From an uncultured Bacillota bacterium (lineage in GTDB: Bacteria > Bacillota_I > Bacilli_A > RF39 > UBA660), in NCBI GenBank assembly GCA_946617625.1, contig CAMOKF010000003.1:1-57575 (forward strand): DNA of 57,575 bases, written 5' to 3'. Below the pieces are notes generated by a model. The model saw only the letters and a list, made by a program, of their open reading frames with translations. It searched no databases and was not told where the DNA came from. A program made the position numbers and the translations under genes. Below, one piece after another: positions 45,138 through 55,213 of the stretch (its first letter is position 1; each line of letters opens with the position of its first letter).

Positions 45138-46376
45138 ATGAGTACTTATATTTGTATAGATTTAAAAAGTTTTTATGCATCTGTTGAGTGTGTTGAGAGA
45201 GGACTTGATTCGATGGAGAGTAATTTAGTAGTTGCTGATCCTACTCGTGGAGGTGGTGCTATATGTTTAGCTGTCTCTCCCCATTTAAAAGCTTTAGGAG
45301 TACGTAATAGGTGTCGTATTTTTGAAATACCAAAAGATATTGATTATATTACTGCTGTACCGAGAATGAAGAAATATATTGAATACTCAGCTAATATCTA
45401 TGAGATTTATTTAAAATATATATCAAAAGATGATATACATGTATATTCTATTGATGAAGCTTTTTTAGATGTTACTAATTATTTGAAATTATATAGGAAA
45501 AGTCCGAAGGATTTAGCTTTAACTATTATGAATGATATATATGATAAGTATGGTATCAGAGCTACTGCTGGTATTGGAACTAATTTATATTTATGTAAGA
45601 TAGCTTTAGATATTATTGCAAAACATGCTCCTGATTTTATTGGAATATTAGATGAAGACAGTTATAAGGAGCAATTATGGTTCTATGAGCCATTATCTGA
45701 TTTTTGGCAGATAGGTACTGGTATTTCCAACAGACTTCATAGACTAAATATTCATAATATGTATGAATTATCTATTCATGATGAGCGAGAACTATTTAAA
45801 GAATTCGGAATAAATGCTCGATTACTTATTGATCATTCTAAAGGAATAGAACCTACTACTATAAAAGAAATAAAAGAATATAAGCCTAAACATAAATCTA
45901 TTTCTAATAGTCAAATATTATTTAAAGATTATAATAAGGAAGATGCATTAAAAGTACTTATTGAAATGTTAGATATTGCATATTTAGAACTTATTAGGAT
46001 TAATAAGTATACTTCATGTATTTCTTTTTATGTTGGATATTCAAAAGATGTTATTAGTCCTTTATCCTTATCCAGAAAGATAGATTCTACTGATAGTTTT
46101 CAAGTATTACTTAAATGTTTAATAGACAACTATAATAGATATGTATCTAATACATATAAAATAAGACGTTTAGGAATAACTTTATCTTGCCTTTGCTCTA
46201 GTAGTGTGCAACTTAATTTATTTAGTAAAAATGACTGTGAAGAAGAAATAGGTCATGCTATTAACGAAGTAAAAGATAAGTATGGAAAAAACTATCTTTT
46301 TAGGGGAGTGAGTTTAGAAGAAAATGCTACTGCTTTAAAAAGAAATAGATTAATAGGAGGACATAATGCAGAATGA
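45138..46376 (+). CDS. Y-family (translesion) DNA polymerase, UvrX/YqjW/ImpB type
   Basis: YICIDLKSFYASVE, SIDEAFLDVT catalytic motifs; SOS box upstream; YolD-like partner. Confidence 0.85.
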   Translation: MSTYICIDLKSFYASVECVERGLDSMESNLVVADPTRGGGAICLAVSPHLKALGVRNRCRIFEIPKDIDYITAVPRMKKYIEYSANIYEIYLKYISKDDIHVYSIDEAFLDVTNYLKLYRKSPKDLALTIMNDIYDKYGIRATAGIGTNLYLCKIALDIIAKHAPDFIGILDEDSYKEQLWFYEPLSDFWQIGTGISNRLHRLNIHNMYELSIHDERELFKEFGINARLLIDHSKGIEPTTIKEIKEYKPKHKSISNSQILFKDYNKEDALKVLIEMLDIAYLELIRINKYTSCISFYVGYSKDVISPLSLSRKIDSTDSFQVLLKCLIDNYNRYVSNTYKIRRLGITLSCLCSSSVQLNLFSKNDCEEEIGHAINEVKDKYGKNYLFRGVSLEENATALKRNRLIGGHNAE

Positions 46377-46686
46377 TGATAGATTAGATAGAGCAAAACA
46401 ATTTATGCCATTTGATGCTTTAAAAGGTTTTAGAGAAGCATTATTAGAAAAAGAAAAGATAATGGATTCAAAAGTTTTACTTAGTGAAGAACAATTTAAT
46501 TATTTGAATGATGTTATATTATCAATAGATATTGGTTCAACTATACTAGTTACTTTTTATAGTAATAATAAATACATAGATAAAATTTTTACAATAAAAA
46601 AACTATCTATTGATAAGAATAAGATAGTTTTAAATGATTATAAAATACTTCTTTCAGATATTAAGAATATAAAAATAATTAATTAA
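46366..46686 (+). CDS. YolD-like protein
   Basis: 106 aa; RAKQFMPFDALKGFREAL motif; overlaps the polymerase gene by 11 nt. Confidence 0.7.
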   Translation: MQNDDRLDRAKQFMPFDALKGFREALLEKEKIMDSKVLLSEEQFNYLNDVILSIDIGSTILVTFYSNNKYIDKIFTIKKLSIDKNKIVLNDYKILLSDIKNIKIIN

Positions 46687-46691
46687 TATTC

Positions 46692-47483
46692 TTAAGAATC
46701 TAAGCTTTCATTTTCTTCAATTTTTTCATTTAAGAATACTCTTAAATATTCTTTAGGATCACTGTAGAAAAGAATATATTCTTCTATATTGTTATTAGTG
46801 TCTTTATATAATCCTAGAGAATTATTTTGATAAACAGTAATTGTAATACCGTTATTTAAGTCAAGATAATATTCAGTAGAATTATCTTCTTCAATTGTTC
46901 TTTCTACTTTGACAAATCTTAATGTATTTAATATATCTTTAACTTTTGTTTCATCTTCTATAGTAGCTTCTCCAATTGAATCATTAGATATATATAATTT
47001 ATTACTTTGTAATTTTTTAAATCTTTTTTCTGTTTCATTAAATACAATATCAGATATATAGTCGAATACTTCTTCGTTTATATTAATCTTATAAAATGTT
47101 TTATTATCTTTAGTATATAGTGCTTCTTCTTGATCTAAATATAGTATCTGTTTTCCAATAATTACTTGATATATTCCTGATATACCAGTACTATCAATAT
47201 CATTATCTAATTCAAAAAGATTATTGCTTAATATTTTATTAAATTCTTTTACTTGTTTTTTACTTAATTTAATTTCTAATATATCAAGAAATTTTTCTTC
47301 ACTATTAAGTGATTCTACTGTTTGAACTCCTAATGAATAGGCGTATTTTATAGTTATATTATCACTTTTTTCAAATCTTTCTTTATTACTATTTTTATTA
47401 ATATTAATTACTAATAATATTACAATTGTTACTAATGCTATTATTATTAAACTAATTAATATAGTGCTTTTTTTATTTTTCAT
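46692..47483 (-). CDS. Membrane-anchored extracytoplasmic protein, unknown function
   Basis: Start at ATG 47483 (SD AGGAG, 8-nt spacer); N-terminal TM STILISLIIIALVTIVILLVI. Confidence 0.45.
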   Translation of the reverse strand: MKNKKSTILISLIIIALVTIVILLVININKNSNKERFEKSDNITIKYAYSLGVQTVESLNSEEKFLDILEIKLSKKQVKEFNKILSNNLFELDNDIDSTGISGIYQVIIGKQILYLDQEEALYTKDNKTFYKININEEVFDYISDIVFNETEKRFKKLQSNKLYISNDSIGEATIEDETKVKDILNTLRFVKVERTIEEDNSTEYYLDLNNGITITVYQNNSLGLYKDTNNNIEEYILFYSDPKEYLRVFLNEKIEENESLDS

Positions 47484-47536
47484 ATGACACACTCCTATAT
47501 TTTTAAGTATAACATATTAAATAGTAAATTTTAAGT

Positions 47537-47565
47537 TTGTTTTATAAATTAATATAGGTTATAAT
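47537..47565 (+). promoter_or_regulatory. Sigma-A promoter for folD
   Basis: TTGTTT - 17 nt - TATAAT. Confidence 0.5.
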
Positions 47566-47587
47566 GAACTAGATAAGGAGAATAGTA

Positions 47588-48442
47588 ATGGAATTATTAG
47601 ATGGTAAAGTTGTTAAAAAGAAAATATTAGAAGAATTAAAGGAAGAGGTTTTAAAACTTAAAAGAAAACCTGGACTTGTTGTTATACAGGTTGGTGATGA
47701 TCCTGCTAGTAAAGTGTATGTTGGACAAAAAGAAAAAATGGCTAATAGTGTGGGGTATAATTTTCAACATATTAAATTTGATGAAAATATTGAAGAAGAT
47801 ATAATAGAGAAGAAAATAATAGAATTAAATAATGATGATAATGTTGATGGAATATTAGTACAAATGCCATTACCTAAGCAATTAAATAGTAAAAAGATAC
47901 AAAACTTAATTGATCAATATAAAGATGTTGATGGACTTAGTGATATAAATTCTGGAATGTTAACTCACAATGTTGATACTTTAGTTCCTTGTACTCCTAA
48001 AGGTATTATGGATATATTAGAATATTATAATATTTCAGTTAGTGGTAAAAATGTAGTTATAGTTGGAAGAAGTGATTTAGTTGGAAAGCCTTTAGCTTCT
48101 CTTATGTTAAATGCCAATGCAACTGTTACTATTTGTCATTCTAAAACAGTTAATTTAGGAGAATTTACTAAAAACGCAGATATATTAGTAGCAGCAGTTG
48201 GCAAAGCATCATTAATAACTAAAGATATGGTAAAAGAAAATAGTGTTGTAATTGATGTAGGAATAAATAGAGTAAATGATAAACTTTGTGGTGATGTGGA
48301 CTTTGATGGTGTTATAGATAAAGTAAGTTATATTACTCCTGTTCCAGGAGGAGTAGGTCAAATGACAGTTGCTGAATTAGGCAAAAATGTATTAAAGGCT
48401 TATAAAAATAGAGAAAAACAAAAGATATTAGAAAAACAGTAA
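47588..48442 (+). CDS. folD: Bifunctional methylenetetrahydrofolate dehydrogenase/cyclohydrolase
   Basis: LDGK..., PGLVVIQVGDDPAS.VYV..K, VVGRS..VGKP, PVPGGVG. Confidence 0.93.
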   Translation: MELLDGKVVKKKILEELKEEVLKLKRKPGLVVIQVGDDPASKVYVGQKEKMANSVGYNFQHIKFDENIEEDIIEKKIIELNNDDNVDGILVQMPLPKQLNSKKIQNLIDQYKDVDGLSDINSGMLTHNVDTLVPCTPKGIMDILEYYNISVSGKNVVIVGRSDLVGKPLASLMLNANATVTICHSKTVNLGEFTKNADILVAAVGKASLITKDMVKENSVVIDVGINRVNDKLCGDVDFDGVIDKVSYITPVPGGVGQMTVAELGKNVLKAYKNREKQKILEKQ

Positions 48443-48544
48443 TTTTACACTTTTATTGTATTTAACACTTTATTTTACTTTTCTTATTGATTTAATTTTT
48501 AATTCAATATAAAATGATAATAGAATGATAGGAGAATTGGTTAT

Positions 48545-49129
48545 ATGAAAAGAAAAAACAAAAAACATAAAGAGTTATATTTTATATTATTTTTAATTTT
48601 ATTCATCAGTGTAGGATTTGCTTATTTATCAGCTCAACTTGATATTATTGGTAATGCAACTGTTAGAACACAAAGTTGGGATGTTCATTTTGAAACTATA
48701 ACAGAGTCTACTGCTACAGTATCTAGTGGAGTTTCTAGTGATATGGGTGCTGCTTCAATTACAGCTGGTGATACTACTGAAGTTACATTTACTTCTGCTT
48801 TACCATTACCTGGTGACTTTTATGAATTTACAGTTAATGTTGTAAATGGTGGTACTATTAATGCAATGCTTAGTGAAGCTACTAATACTGCATTAACTGC
48901 AGATCAACAAAAATATTTGAACTATACTGTAACTTATGCAGATGGTAGTGCAATAGCAACTAATGATGCAATTCATGCAGGAAAAAGTGTAACTCTTAAA
49001 ATACGTGTAGAATATAAGAAAGATATTTCATCTACTGATTTACCATCAAGTGATGTAACATTTAACTCTACATATGGTATGACTTTTGTTCAAGCTGATA
49101 GTAATGCTAACTATAAAACAACAGCTTAA
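48545..49129 (+). CDS. Secreted/anchored beta-rich protein, possibly with a TasA/camelysin-like (SipW-type) signal
   Basis: Basic N-terminus + hydrophobic helix then FAYLSAQLDIIGN, reminiscent of the (F/Y)A(F/Y)FSD..GTLDL start of TasA/CalY-type proteins; weak. Confidence 0.3.
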   Translation: MKRKNKKHKELYFILFLILFISVGFAYLSAQLDIIGNATVRTQSWDVHFETITESTATVSSGVSSDMGAASITAGDTTEVTFTSALPLPGDFYEFTVNVVNGGTINAMLSEATNTALTADQQKYLNYTVTYADGSAIATNDAIHAGKSVTLKIRVEYKKDISSTDLPSSDVTFNSTYGMTFVQADSNANYKTTA

Positions 49130-49145
49130 TTTATTAGTATAAATA

Positions 49146-49169
49146 AAGACGTAAAAACGTCTTTTTTTT
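49146..49169 (+). terminator. Rho-independent terminator
   Basis: AAGACGT-AAAA-ACGTCTT followed by a T-run. Confidence 0.75.
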
Positions 49170-49235
49170 ATTTATTTAAATATAATATAATGATATAATA
49201 TGTAAAGTAATTAATAATTAGAAATGAGGTTTAAT

Positions 49236-49919
49236 ATGGATTTTTATTTAATAAGTTATGGATTAACATTTTTAGCATTTATTATTACATTAAGTGCTCA
49301 ATTATATATTAGTAGTTCTTATAGGAAATTTAAAAAAGTTACTATCAATAAAAATATTAATGGGAAGGCTGCTGCTAGAAAGGTATTAGATAAAAATGGT
49401 TTATCTAATGTTGAAATATTAAAAGTATCTGGAAGTTTAACAGATCATTATGATCCTAGTAGAAAAACTGTTAGTTTATCTACTGATATTTATGAAGATA
49501 ATAGTATTGCTTCTATTGCAGTGGCATGTCATGAATGTGGTCATGCAATTCAAGATAAAGAAGGTTACTTAATGCTTAGAATTAGACATGCTTTGATTCC
49601 TTTAGTTAATATTTCTTCTTATGCAGGATATATAGCTATAATGATTGGAGTTTTCTTTAGTTTTATTAAATTAGTTTGGTTAGGTATTATTTTTGAAGTA
49701 GTCATTTTATTATTTCAATTAGTTACTTTACCTGTTGAATTTAATGCATCTAGTAGAGCATTAAAACAAATTAAAGAGTTAGGTTTATTAAGTAAAGATG
49801 AATTGAAAGGCGCTAGAACTATGTTAGTTGCTGCTGCACTAACTTATGTTGCCTCTGTTGCAGCTACTGTACTAGAAATATTAAGACTTGTTTTAATATT
49901 TGGTAGAAGGGATGATTAA
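49236..49919 (+). CDS. YugP-like membrane zinc metallopeptidase (Zn_peptidase_2 family)
   Basis: Start at ATG 49236 (SD GAGGT); ..LTDHYDP..K.V.LS, HECGHAIQD (HExxH), C-terminal TM helices. Confidence 0.75.
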   Translation: MDFYLISYGLTFLAFIITLSAQLYISSSYRKFKKVTINKNINGKAAARKVLDKNGLSNVEILKVSGSLTDHYDPSRKTVSLSTDIYEDNSIASIAVACHECGHAIQDKEGYLMLRIRHALIPLVNISSYAGYIAIMIGVFFSFIKLVWLGIIFEVVILLFQLVTLPVEFNASSRALKQIKELGLLSKDELKGARTMLVAAALTYVASVAATVLEILRLVLIFGRRDD

Positions 49920-50370
49920 TATTAAAGATGAATTAAAGTCACAAATGGCTTCTAGAATTGATTCTTTACTTAGAGATAAAGGATTAGATGATTTAAATAG
50001 ATTTTTATTATTATTAATTGTTGTTTTTCTATTAATAGATTTATTTTTTAAAATATTTATTATTGGTATTTTAGAAATAATTTTTGTTTTTATATTTATA
50101 TTTAGAATATTTTCTAAGAATAAATATAAAAGAGTTAAAGAAAATAGAATTTATTTAGAAGTATTATTAAAAATAAAAGAGTTTTTTAGGATAGGTAAGA
50201 AGAAAGCTAAGAGTTTTAAAAAGAATAAGAATAATATTTATAAAAAGTGTCCCTCTTGTGGCACTATTTTAAAATTACCATTACCTAAAAAAATAGGTAT
50301 TAAGCATACTACTTGTCCAACTTGCAATAAAAGATTTGGTTTTCTTTGCTTAAGAAAGAAGAGGATATAA
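49912..50370 (+). CDS. Membrane protein with a C-terminal zinc ribbon
   Basis: TM LLLLIVVFLLIDLFFKIFIIGILEIIFVFIFIF; CPSCG..x18..CPTCNKRF; start uncertain (TTG 49900 / ATG 49912). Confidence 0.4.
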   Translation: MINIKDELKSQMASRIDSLLRDKGLDDLNRFLLLLIVVFLLIDLFFKIFIIGILEIIFVFIFIFRIFSKNKYKRVKENRIYLEVLLKIKEFFRIGKKKAKSFKKNKNNIYKKCPSCGTILKLPLPKKIGIKHTTCPTCNKRFGFLCLRKKRI

Positions 50371-50371
50371 T

Positions 50372-52132
50372 ATGATTAAATTATTTAAGAATTTTACAAA
50401 AAGAGATAAAATTATTGTTTTATGTGTTGTATTCTTAGTTGTTTTTTCTGTTTTTTTGGATTTGCGAATGCCAGAGTATATGAGTAAAATAACTAAGCTC
50501 GTACAAACTGAAGATAGTACTATGAGGAATATTTTAACAGCTGGTTTTAGTATGCTAGTTTGTGCTGTTAGTAGTTTAATTTGTACTATTTTTATTGGCT
50601 ATTTAACATCACTTTTATCAGCTAATTTTTCTAAGAATGTTCGTAGAAAGATATTTGCTAAGGTTGAAGATTTTGGTATTGCAGAAATAAAGAAATTTTC
50701 TACTAGCAGTTTAATTACTAGAACTACTAATGATGTAACTCAAATTGAAATGCTATTAAGTATGGGGTTACAAATGATGATTAAGTCTCCTGTTATGGCT
50801 GTTTGGGCTTTATTAAAGATATTAGGTAAGAGTGGAGAACTTAGTTTAATTACTGCTACTGGAGTTATTATTATCGTATGTACTAATTTATTCATTATTA
50901 AAACTGTTACTCCTAGATTTGAAAAAATGCAAAAGTTAACTGATAAGATTAATGGTGTAACTAGAGAAAATCTTACTGGAATTAGAGTTATACGTGCCTT
51001 TAACGCTGAAGAGTTTCAGATGAATAGATTCGAAGATGTTAATGATGAATTAACTGATACTCAATTAGCTAATCAAAAAACATTTGCGATTATGTCACCA
51101 ATTATGAATTTTGTAATGCATTTTCAACATTTAGGAATTTATTTTGTTGGTGCTTATATAATAGTTCGAAGTGGCATGATTGATAAGATAAATATGTTTA
51201 GTAATATGGTTGTATTTAGTTCTTATGGTATGCAAGTAATAATGTCTTTTTTAATGCTTACTATGATTTTTATGATTTTACCTAGAGCTCAAGTTTCTGC
51301 TAGAAGACTTAATGAAGTTTTAGAAGAAGATATAAGTGTTAAATCAGGAGACTTTGATGGTACTACTAAGAAAACTGGATTAGTAGAGTTTAAAGATGTT
51401 AGTTTTAAATATCCTGATGCAGATGAGTATTTATTAAAAAATATTTCATTTAAAGTTAATAAAGGGGAAACTATTGCTTTTATAGGTTCTACTGGATCTG
51501 GGAAATCAACTTTAATTAATTTAGTTCCTCGATTATACGATGCTACTGATGGAGAAGTATTAGTTGATGGTGTTAATGTTAAAGAATATAAGCTTTCTGC
51601 TTTAAACAATAAAATTGGTTATATTTCTCAAAAAGCTGTAATGTTTACAGGAAGTGTTATGGATAATGTTACTTATGGTGATAATGGCCGTGATAAACCA
51701 GATTTAAAAATAGTAAAAAAAGCTTTGGATGTTGCTCAAGCATCTGACTTTGTTAATAAGATGGATAAGGGAGTAGACTCTCATATTGCTAGAGGAGGTA
51801 CAAATGTATCTGGTGGGCAAAAACAAAGACTGTCTATAGCTAGAGCAATTGCTAGGGATCCAGAAATATATATATTTGATGATTCTTTTTCTGCGCTTGA
51901 TTACAAAACAGATTCTACACTTCGTAAGGAGTTAAAGAAGTATACAAAAGATGCTACTATTATGATAGTTGCTCAAAGAATTGGTACAATTATGAATGCT
52001 GATAAAATAGTTGTTTTAGATAAAGGAGAATGTGTTGGAATTGGTACTCATAAGGAATTATTGAAGAAATGTACTGTTTATAAAGAGATAGCATTATCTC
52101 AATTAAGTGAGGAGGAGTTAAACAATGCCTAG
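50372..52132 (+). CDS. ABC exporter subunit (TMD-NBD) with a degenerate catalytic site
   Basis: Walker A GSTGSGKST, signature VSGGQKQR, Walker B IYIFDD followed by S (catalytic Glu replaced: FDDS vs LDEA), as in the LmrC/BmrC/TM287 class. Confidence 0.85.
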   Translation: MIKLFKNFTKRDKIIVLCVVFLVVFSVFLDLRMPEYMSKITKLVQTEDSTMRNILTAGFSMLVCAVSSLICTIFIGYLTSLLSANFSKNVRRKIFAKVEDFGIAEIKKFSTSSLITRTTNDVTQIEMLLSMGLQMMIKSPVMAVWALLKILGKSGELSLITATGVIIIVCTNLFIIKTVTPRFEKMQKLTDKINGVTRENLTGIRVIRAFNAEEFQMNRFEDVNDELTDTQLANQKTFAIMSPIMNFVMHFQHLGIYFVGAYIIVRSGMIDKINMFSNMVVFSSYGMQVIMSFLMLTMIFMILPRAQVSARRLNEVLEEDISVKSGDFDGTTKKTGLVEFKDVSFKYPDADEYLLKNISFKVNKGETIAFIGSTGSGKSTLINLVPRLYDATDGEVLVDGVNVKEYKLSALNNKIGYISQKAVMFTGSVMDNVTYGDNGRDKPDLKIVKKALDVAQASDFVNKMDKGVDSHIARGGTNVSGGQKQRLSIARAIARDPEIYIFDDSFSALDYKTDSTLRKELKKYTKDATIMIVAQRIGTIMNADKIVVLDKGECVGIGTHKELLKKCTVYKEIALSQLSEEELNNA

Positions 52133-54245
52133 ACCTGTTAGAATGGGAGTTGCAGATAAGTCTAAAGACTTTAAAGGCTCTATAAAAAGATTATTTAATA
52201 ACTTAGATAGATGGCGTAAATTACTTATTTTATCAATGCTTCTTGCTTTAATTAGTGCTGTTCTTTCTACTATTGCTCCAAACAAATTATCAGATGTTAC
52301 TAATGTAATTAGTGATGGTATTAAACCTAATACAGAAAACTTGCAATTAATTTCTAAAGAGATATATAGTAATGCAATTAAGAAGTATTCACAAATGAAA
52401 ATATCTGTATTTAGTGATGGAGATATTGATTTATCCAATTCTAATTTTGATTTAGAAGAGGTTTTAAAAGAGTTTAATCTAATGAATGACTCTGAAAAGA
52501 AAATGTTTTTAGAAGATATTGTTATTGATGATGTTACTATTACAACAGATGATCAGATTAAGTTTATAAATATCTTTAGTACTGTAAATAAAGATATGGT
52601 TACTGAAGATTTACTTGCTAAGCTTGATGAATTACCTGATTCTATTAAGAGTTTAGTTGAACCTAAGCTTGATATGCAAGAATTACAATATAGATCACTT
52701 ATTTTAGCTATTATTTATATAGTTAGTTCTTTATTTAGTTTTATTCAAGGTATTTTAATGGCTTATATTTCTAATGGATATTCTAAAAGACTTAGGACAG
52801 ACATTAGTACTAAGATAAATAAATTACCACTTAAGTATTTTGATAATCATGAAACTGGTGATATTTTATCTAGAGTAACAAATGATGTTGATTCTATAGG
52901 TATGAATATGAATCAAAGTTTAACTACTTTAGTATCTAGTATGACTTTATTTTTAGGATCTATAGTTATGATGTTTGTTACTAATTGGATTATGGCTTTA
53001 ACTGCTATAGCAGCAAGTATTTTTGGTTTCTTTTTCTCTTTCTTACTATTAAAGAAGAGTCAAAAGTACTTTACTCAAAGACAAAAGGAATTAGGAGATT
53101 TAAATGCTCATATAGAAGAGATTTATTCTGGACATAATGTTGTTAAAACATATAATGGTGAAGCTAGTGCTTTAGAGGAATTTGATAAAATCAATAATAG
53201 ACTTTATACTTGTAATAGAAAGAGTCAATTCTTATCAGGTATTATGCAACCTATTATGGGTTTTATTGGTAATTTCGGATATGTTTCAGTATGTGTAGTT
53301 GGTGCTTTACTTGTGATGAACAATAAGATTAACTTTGGAGTTATTGTTGCATTTATGATTTATGTTAGATTGTTTACTAATCCTTTATCTCAGATTGCTC
53401 AAGCAATGACTAGTTTACAATCTACAGTAGCTGCTGCTGAGCGAGTATTTGAATTTATAGATGAAAAAGAATTAAGTGATGAATCTAATATTACTGGTCA
53501 TTTAGATAAAACAAAAGCTAGAGGTAATATTGAATTTAAAAATGTAAAATTTGGTTATGATGATAAAAAAACTATAATAAAAGATTTTAGTGCTAAGATT
53601 AAATCTGGTCAAAAAGTAGCTATTGTTGGACCTACAGGAGCTGGTAAGACTACTATGGTTAATCTTTTAATGAAGTTTTATGAAATAAAATCAGGTGATA
53701 TTGTTATTGATGGTACTTCAATTAAAGATTTGACTCGTGAAAATATCCATGATTTGTTTGTAATGGTTTTACAAGATACATGGTTATTTGATGGAACTAT
53801 TAAAGAAAATATAAGGTATAACAAAGAAAATATATCAGATGATGTTATTTGGAATGCATGTAAAACGGTTGGAATAGATCATTTCGTAAAAACTCTCCCT
53901 GGTGGATTAGATTCTTCTGTTGGAGATAATGAAGCTATTAGTTCAGGTCAAAAGCAATTACTTACGATTGCTAGAGGTATGATAGAAGATGCTCCTTTCT
54001 TAATACTTGATGAAGCTACATCTAATGTTGATACCAGAACAGAAGAGTTAGTTCAAAAAGCTATGGATAAATTAACAGAAGGAAGAACATCATTCATAAT
54101 AGCTCATAGGTTATCAACAATAAAAAACGCTGATTTGATTTTAGTAATGAAAGATGGTAATATTGTTGAACAGGGGGATCATGAGAAGTTAATGAAGAAA
54201 AATGGTTTTTATGCCGATCTTTATAATTCTCAGTTTGAATTGTAA
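52125..54245 (+). CDS. ABC exporter subunit (TMD-NBD), consensus site, with a ~135-aa insertion between TM1 and TM2
   Basis: GPTGAGKTT, ISSGQKQ, FLILDEATS; hydrophilic segment aa ~55-190 between TM1 (LLILSMLLALISAVLSTIA) and TM2 (LILAIIYIVSSLFSFIQGIL); 8-nt overlap with the partner gene. Confidence 0.85.
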   Translation: MPRPVRMGVADKSKDFKGSIKRLFNNLDRWRKLLILSMLLALISAVLSTIAPNKLSDVTNVISDGIKPNTENLQLISKEIYSNAIKKYSQMKISVFSDGDIDLSNSNFDLEEVLKEFNLMNDSEKKMFLEDIVIDDVTITTDDQIKFINIFSTVNKDMVTEDLLAKLDELPDSIKSLVEPKLDMQELQYRSLILAIIYIVSSLFSFIQGILMAYISNGYSKRLRTDISTKINKLPLKYFDNHETGDILSRVTNDVDSIGMNMNQSLTTLVSSMTLFLGSIVMMFVTNWIMALTAIAASIFGFFFSFLLLKKSQKYFTQRQKELGDLNAHIEEIYSGHNVVKTYNGEASALEEFDKINNRLYTCNRKSQFLSGIMQPIMGFIGNFGYVSVCVVGALLVMNNKINFGVIVAFMIYVRLFTNPLSQIAQAMTSLQSTVAAAERVFEFIDEKELSDESNITGHLDKTKARGNIEFKNVKFGYDDKKTIIKDFSAKIKSGQKVAIVGPTGAGKTTMVNLLMKFYEIKSGDIVIDGTSIKDLTRENIHDLFVMVLQDTWLFDGTIKENIRYNKENISDDVIWNACKTVGIDHFVKTLPGGLDSSVGDNEAISSGQKQLLTIARGMIEDAPFLILDEATSNVDTRTEELVQKAMDKLTEGRTSFIIAHRLSTIKNADLILVMKDGNIVEQGDHEKLMKKNGFYADLYNSQFEL

Positions 54246-54247
54246 TT

Positions 54248-55171
54248 ATGAGTAAAAAAATATTATTAGTACTTAATCCAAATAGTGGAGTTGGAGTTCC
54301 AGCTAAAATTATCGAACAGTTTTATAATATATTAGATAATAATGGTTACGATGTAGATTTATCTTTTACTAAAAGAGCAAAGCATGCTACTGAGATTGTT
54401 GAAAATTCTGAATATTATGATTTAGTTTTTTCTATTGGTGGAGATGGTACTTTAAATGAAGTAGTTAATGGTAATTTTAAAAGAAAAGATAAAATGACTA
54501 TTTGTCCACTTCCTACTGGTAGTTGTAATGATGTTGCTTCTATGTTAGGTTATGAAAAAGATTTATTATATAATTTAGATTTAGCTTTAGATGGTGAAGT
54601 TAAGACAATAGATATTGGAACTATTAATAATTATGCTTTTACGTATGTAGTTGGTATGGGAAAATTTATGGATATTCCTTATAGCACTTCTAGAGATAAG
54701 AAGAGTAGAATTGGTTATTTAGCATACATAAAAGATGGTATAAATGAATTCTTCAATGAAACAAAAATGTATAAAGCTAATATTATAGCCGATGGAGTAG
54801 AATTCGATGGAGACTATTCTCTAATCATTGTTTCTAACTCTAATCATATTGCTGGTGTACCTGGATTTCATAAAGACGTAAAACTGGATGATCAAAAATT
54901 TGAAGTATTATTATGTACAGCTAATAATAAAACAAAATTAGTTAATAGCTTTATTGAATATTATTTAGGAATGAAACCTAAAAATATGATTTCTTTTAAA
55001 GCAAATGATTTAAAAATAAAATTATCAGAAATACCTGAAAAGAATTGGTGTGTAGATGGTGAAAAGTTAGAAGAGAATACTTCTTATTATCATATTAATG
55101 CTAATAATAAGATGGATTTCTTAGTTCCTAAAAATAAAACAAAAAAATTATTCTTAAATAATGACGTATAG
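54248..55171 (+). CDS. Diacylglycerol-kinase-family lipid kinase (YegS/BmrU type)
   Basis: LLVLNPNSG, GGDGTLNEVVNG. Confidence 0.8.
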   Translation: MSKKILLVLNPNSGVGVPAKIIEQFYNILDNNGYDVDLSFTKRAKHATEIVENSEYYDLVFSIGGDGTLNEVVNGNFKRKDKMTICPLPTGSCNDVASMLGYEKDLLYNLDLALDGEVKTIDIGTINNYAFTYVVGMGKFMDIPYSTSRDKKSRIGYLAYIKDGINEFFNETKMYKANIIADGVEFDGDYSLIIVSNSNHIAGVPGFHKDVKLDDQKFEVLLCTANNKTKLVNSFIEYYLGMKPKNMISFKANDLKIKLSEIPEKNWCVDGEKLEENTSYYHINANNKMDFLVPKNKTKKLFLNNDV

Positions 55172-55188
55172 TTTTATACGTCTTTTTT
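55163..55188 (+). terminator. Rho-independent terminator
   Basis: GACGTATA-GTTT-TATACGTC followed by T6; then extended -10 TGaTATAAT (55190-55198). Confidence 0.75.
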
Positions 55189-55213
55189 ATGATATAATTA
55201 AAATGGTGATAGT

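Noticed and set aside
49900-50370. Regulatory leader peptide for the ABC exporter (by analogy with bmrB upstream of bmrCD)
   Set aside because: The upstream ORF is about 150 aa with a TM segment and a zinc ribbon, not a short leader. No terminator/antiterminator structure is visible before 50372.
51289-52438. Two 106-aa minus-strand ORFs inside the ABC transporter genes
   Set aside because: They are antisense to genes with Walker A/B and signature motifs, and are spurious.
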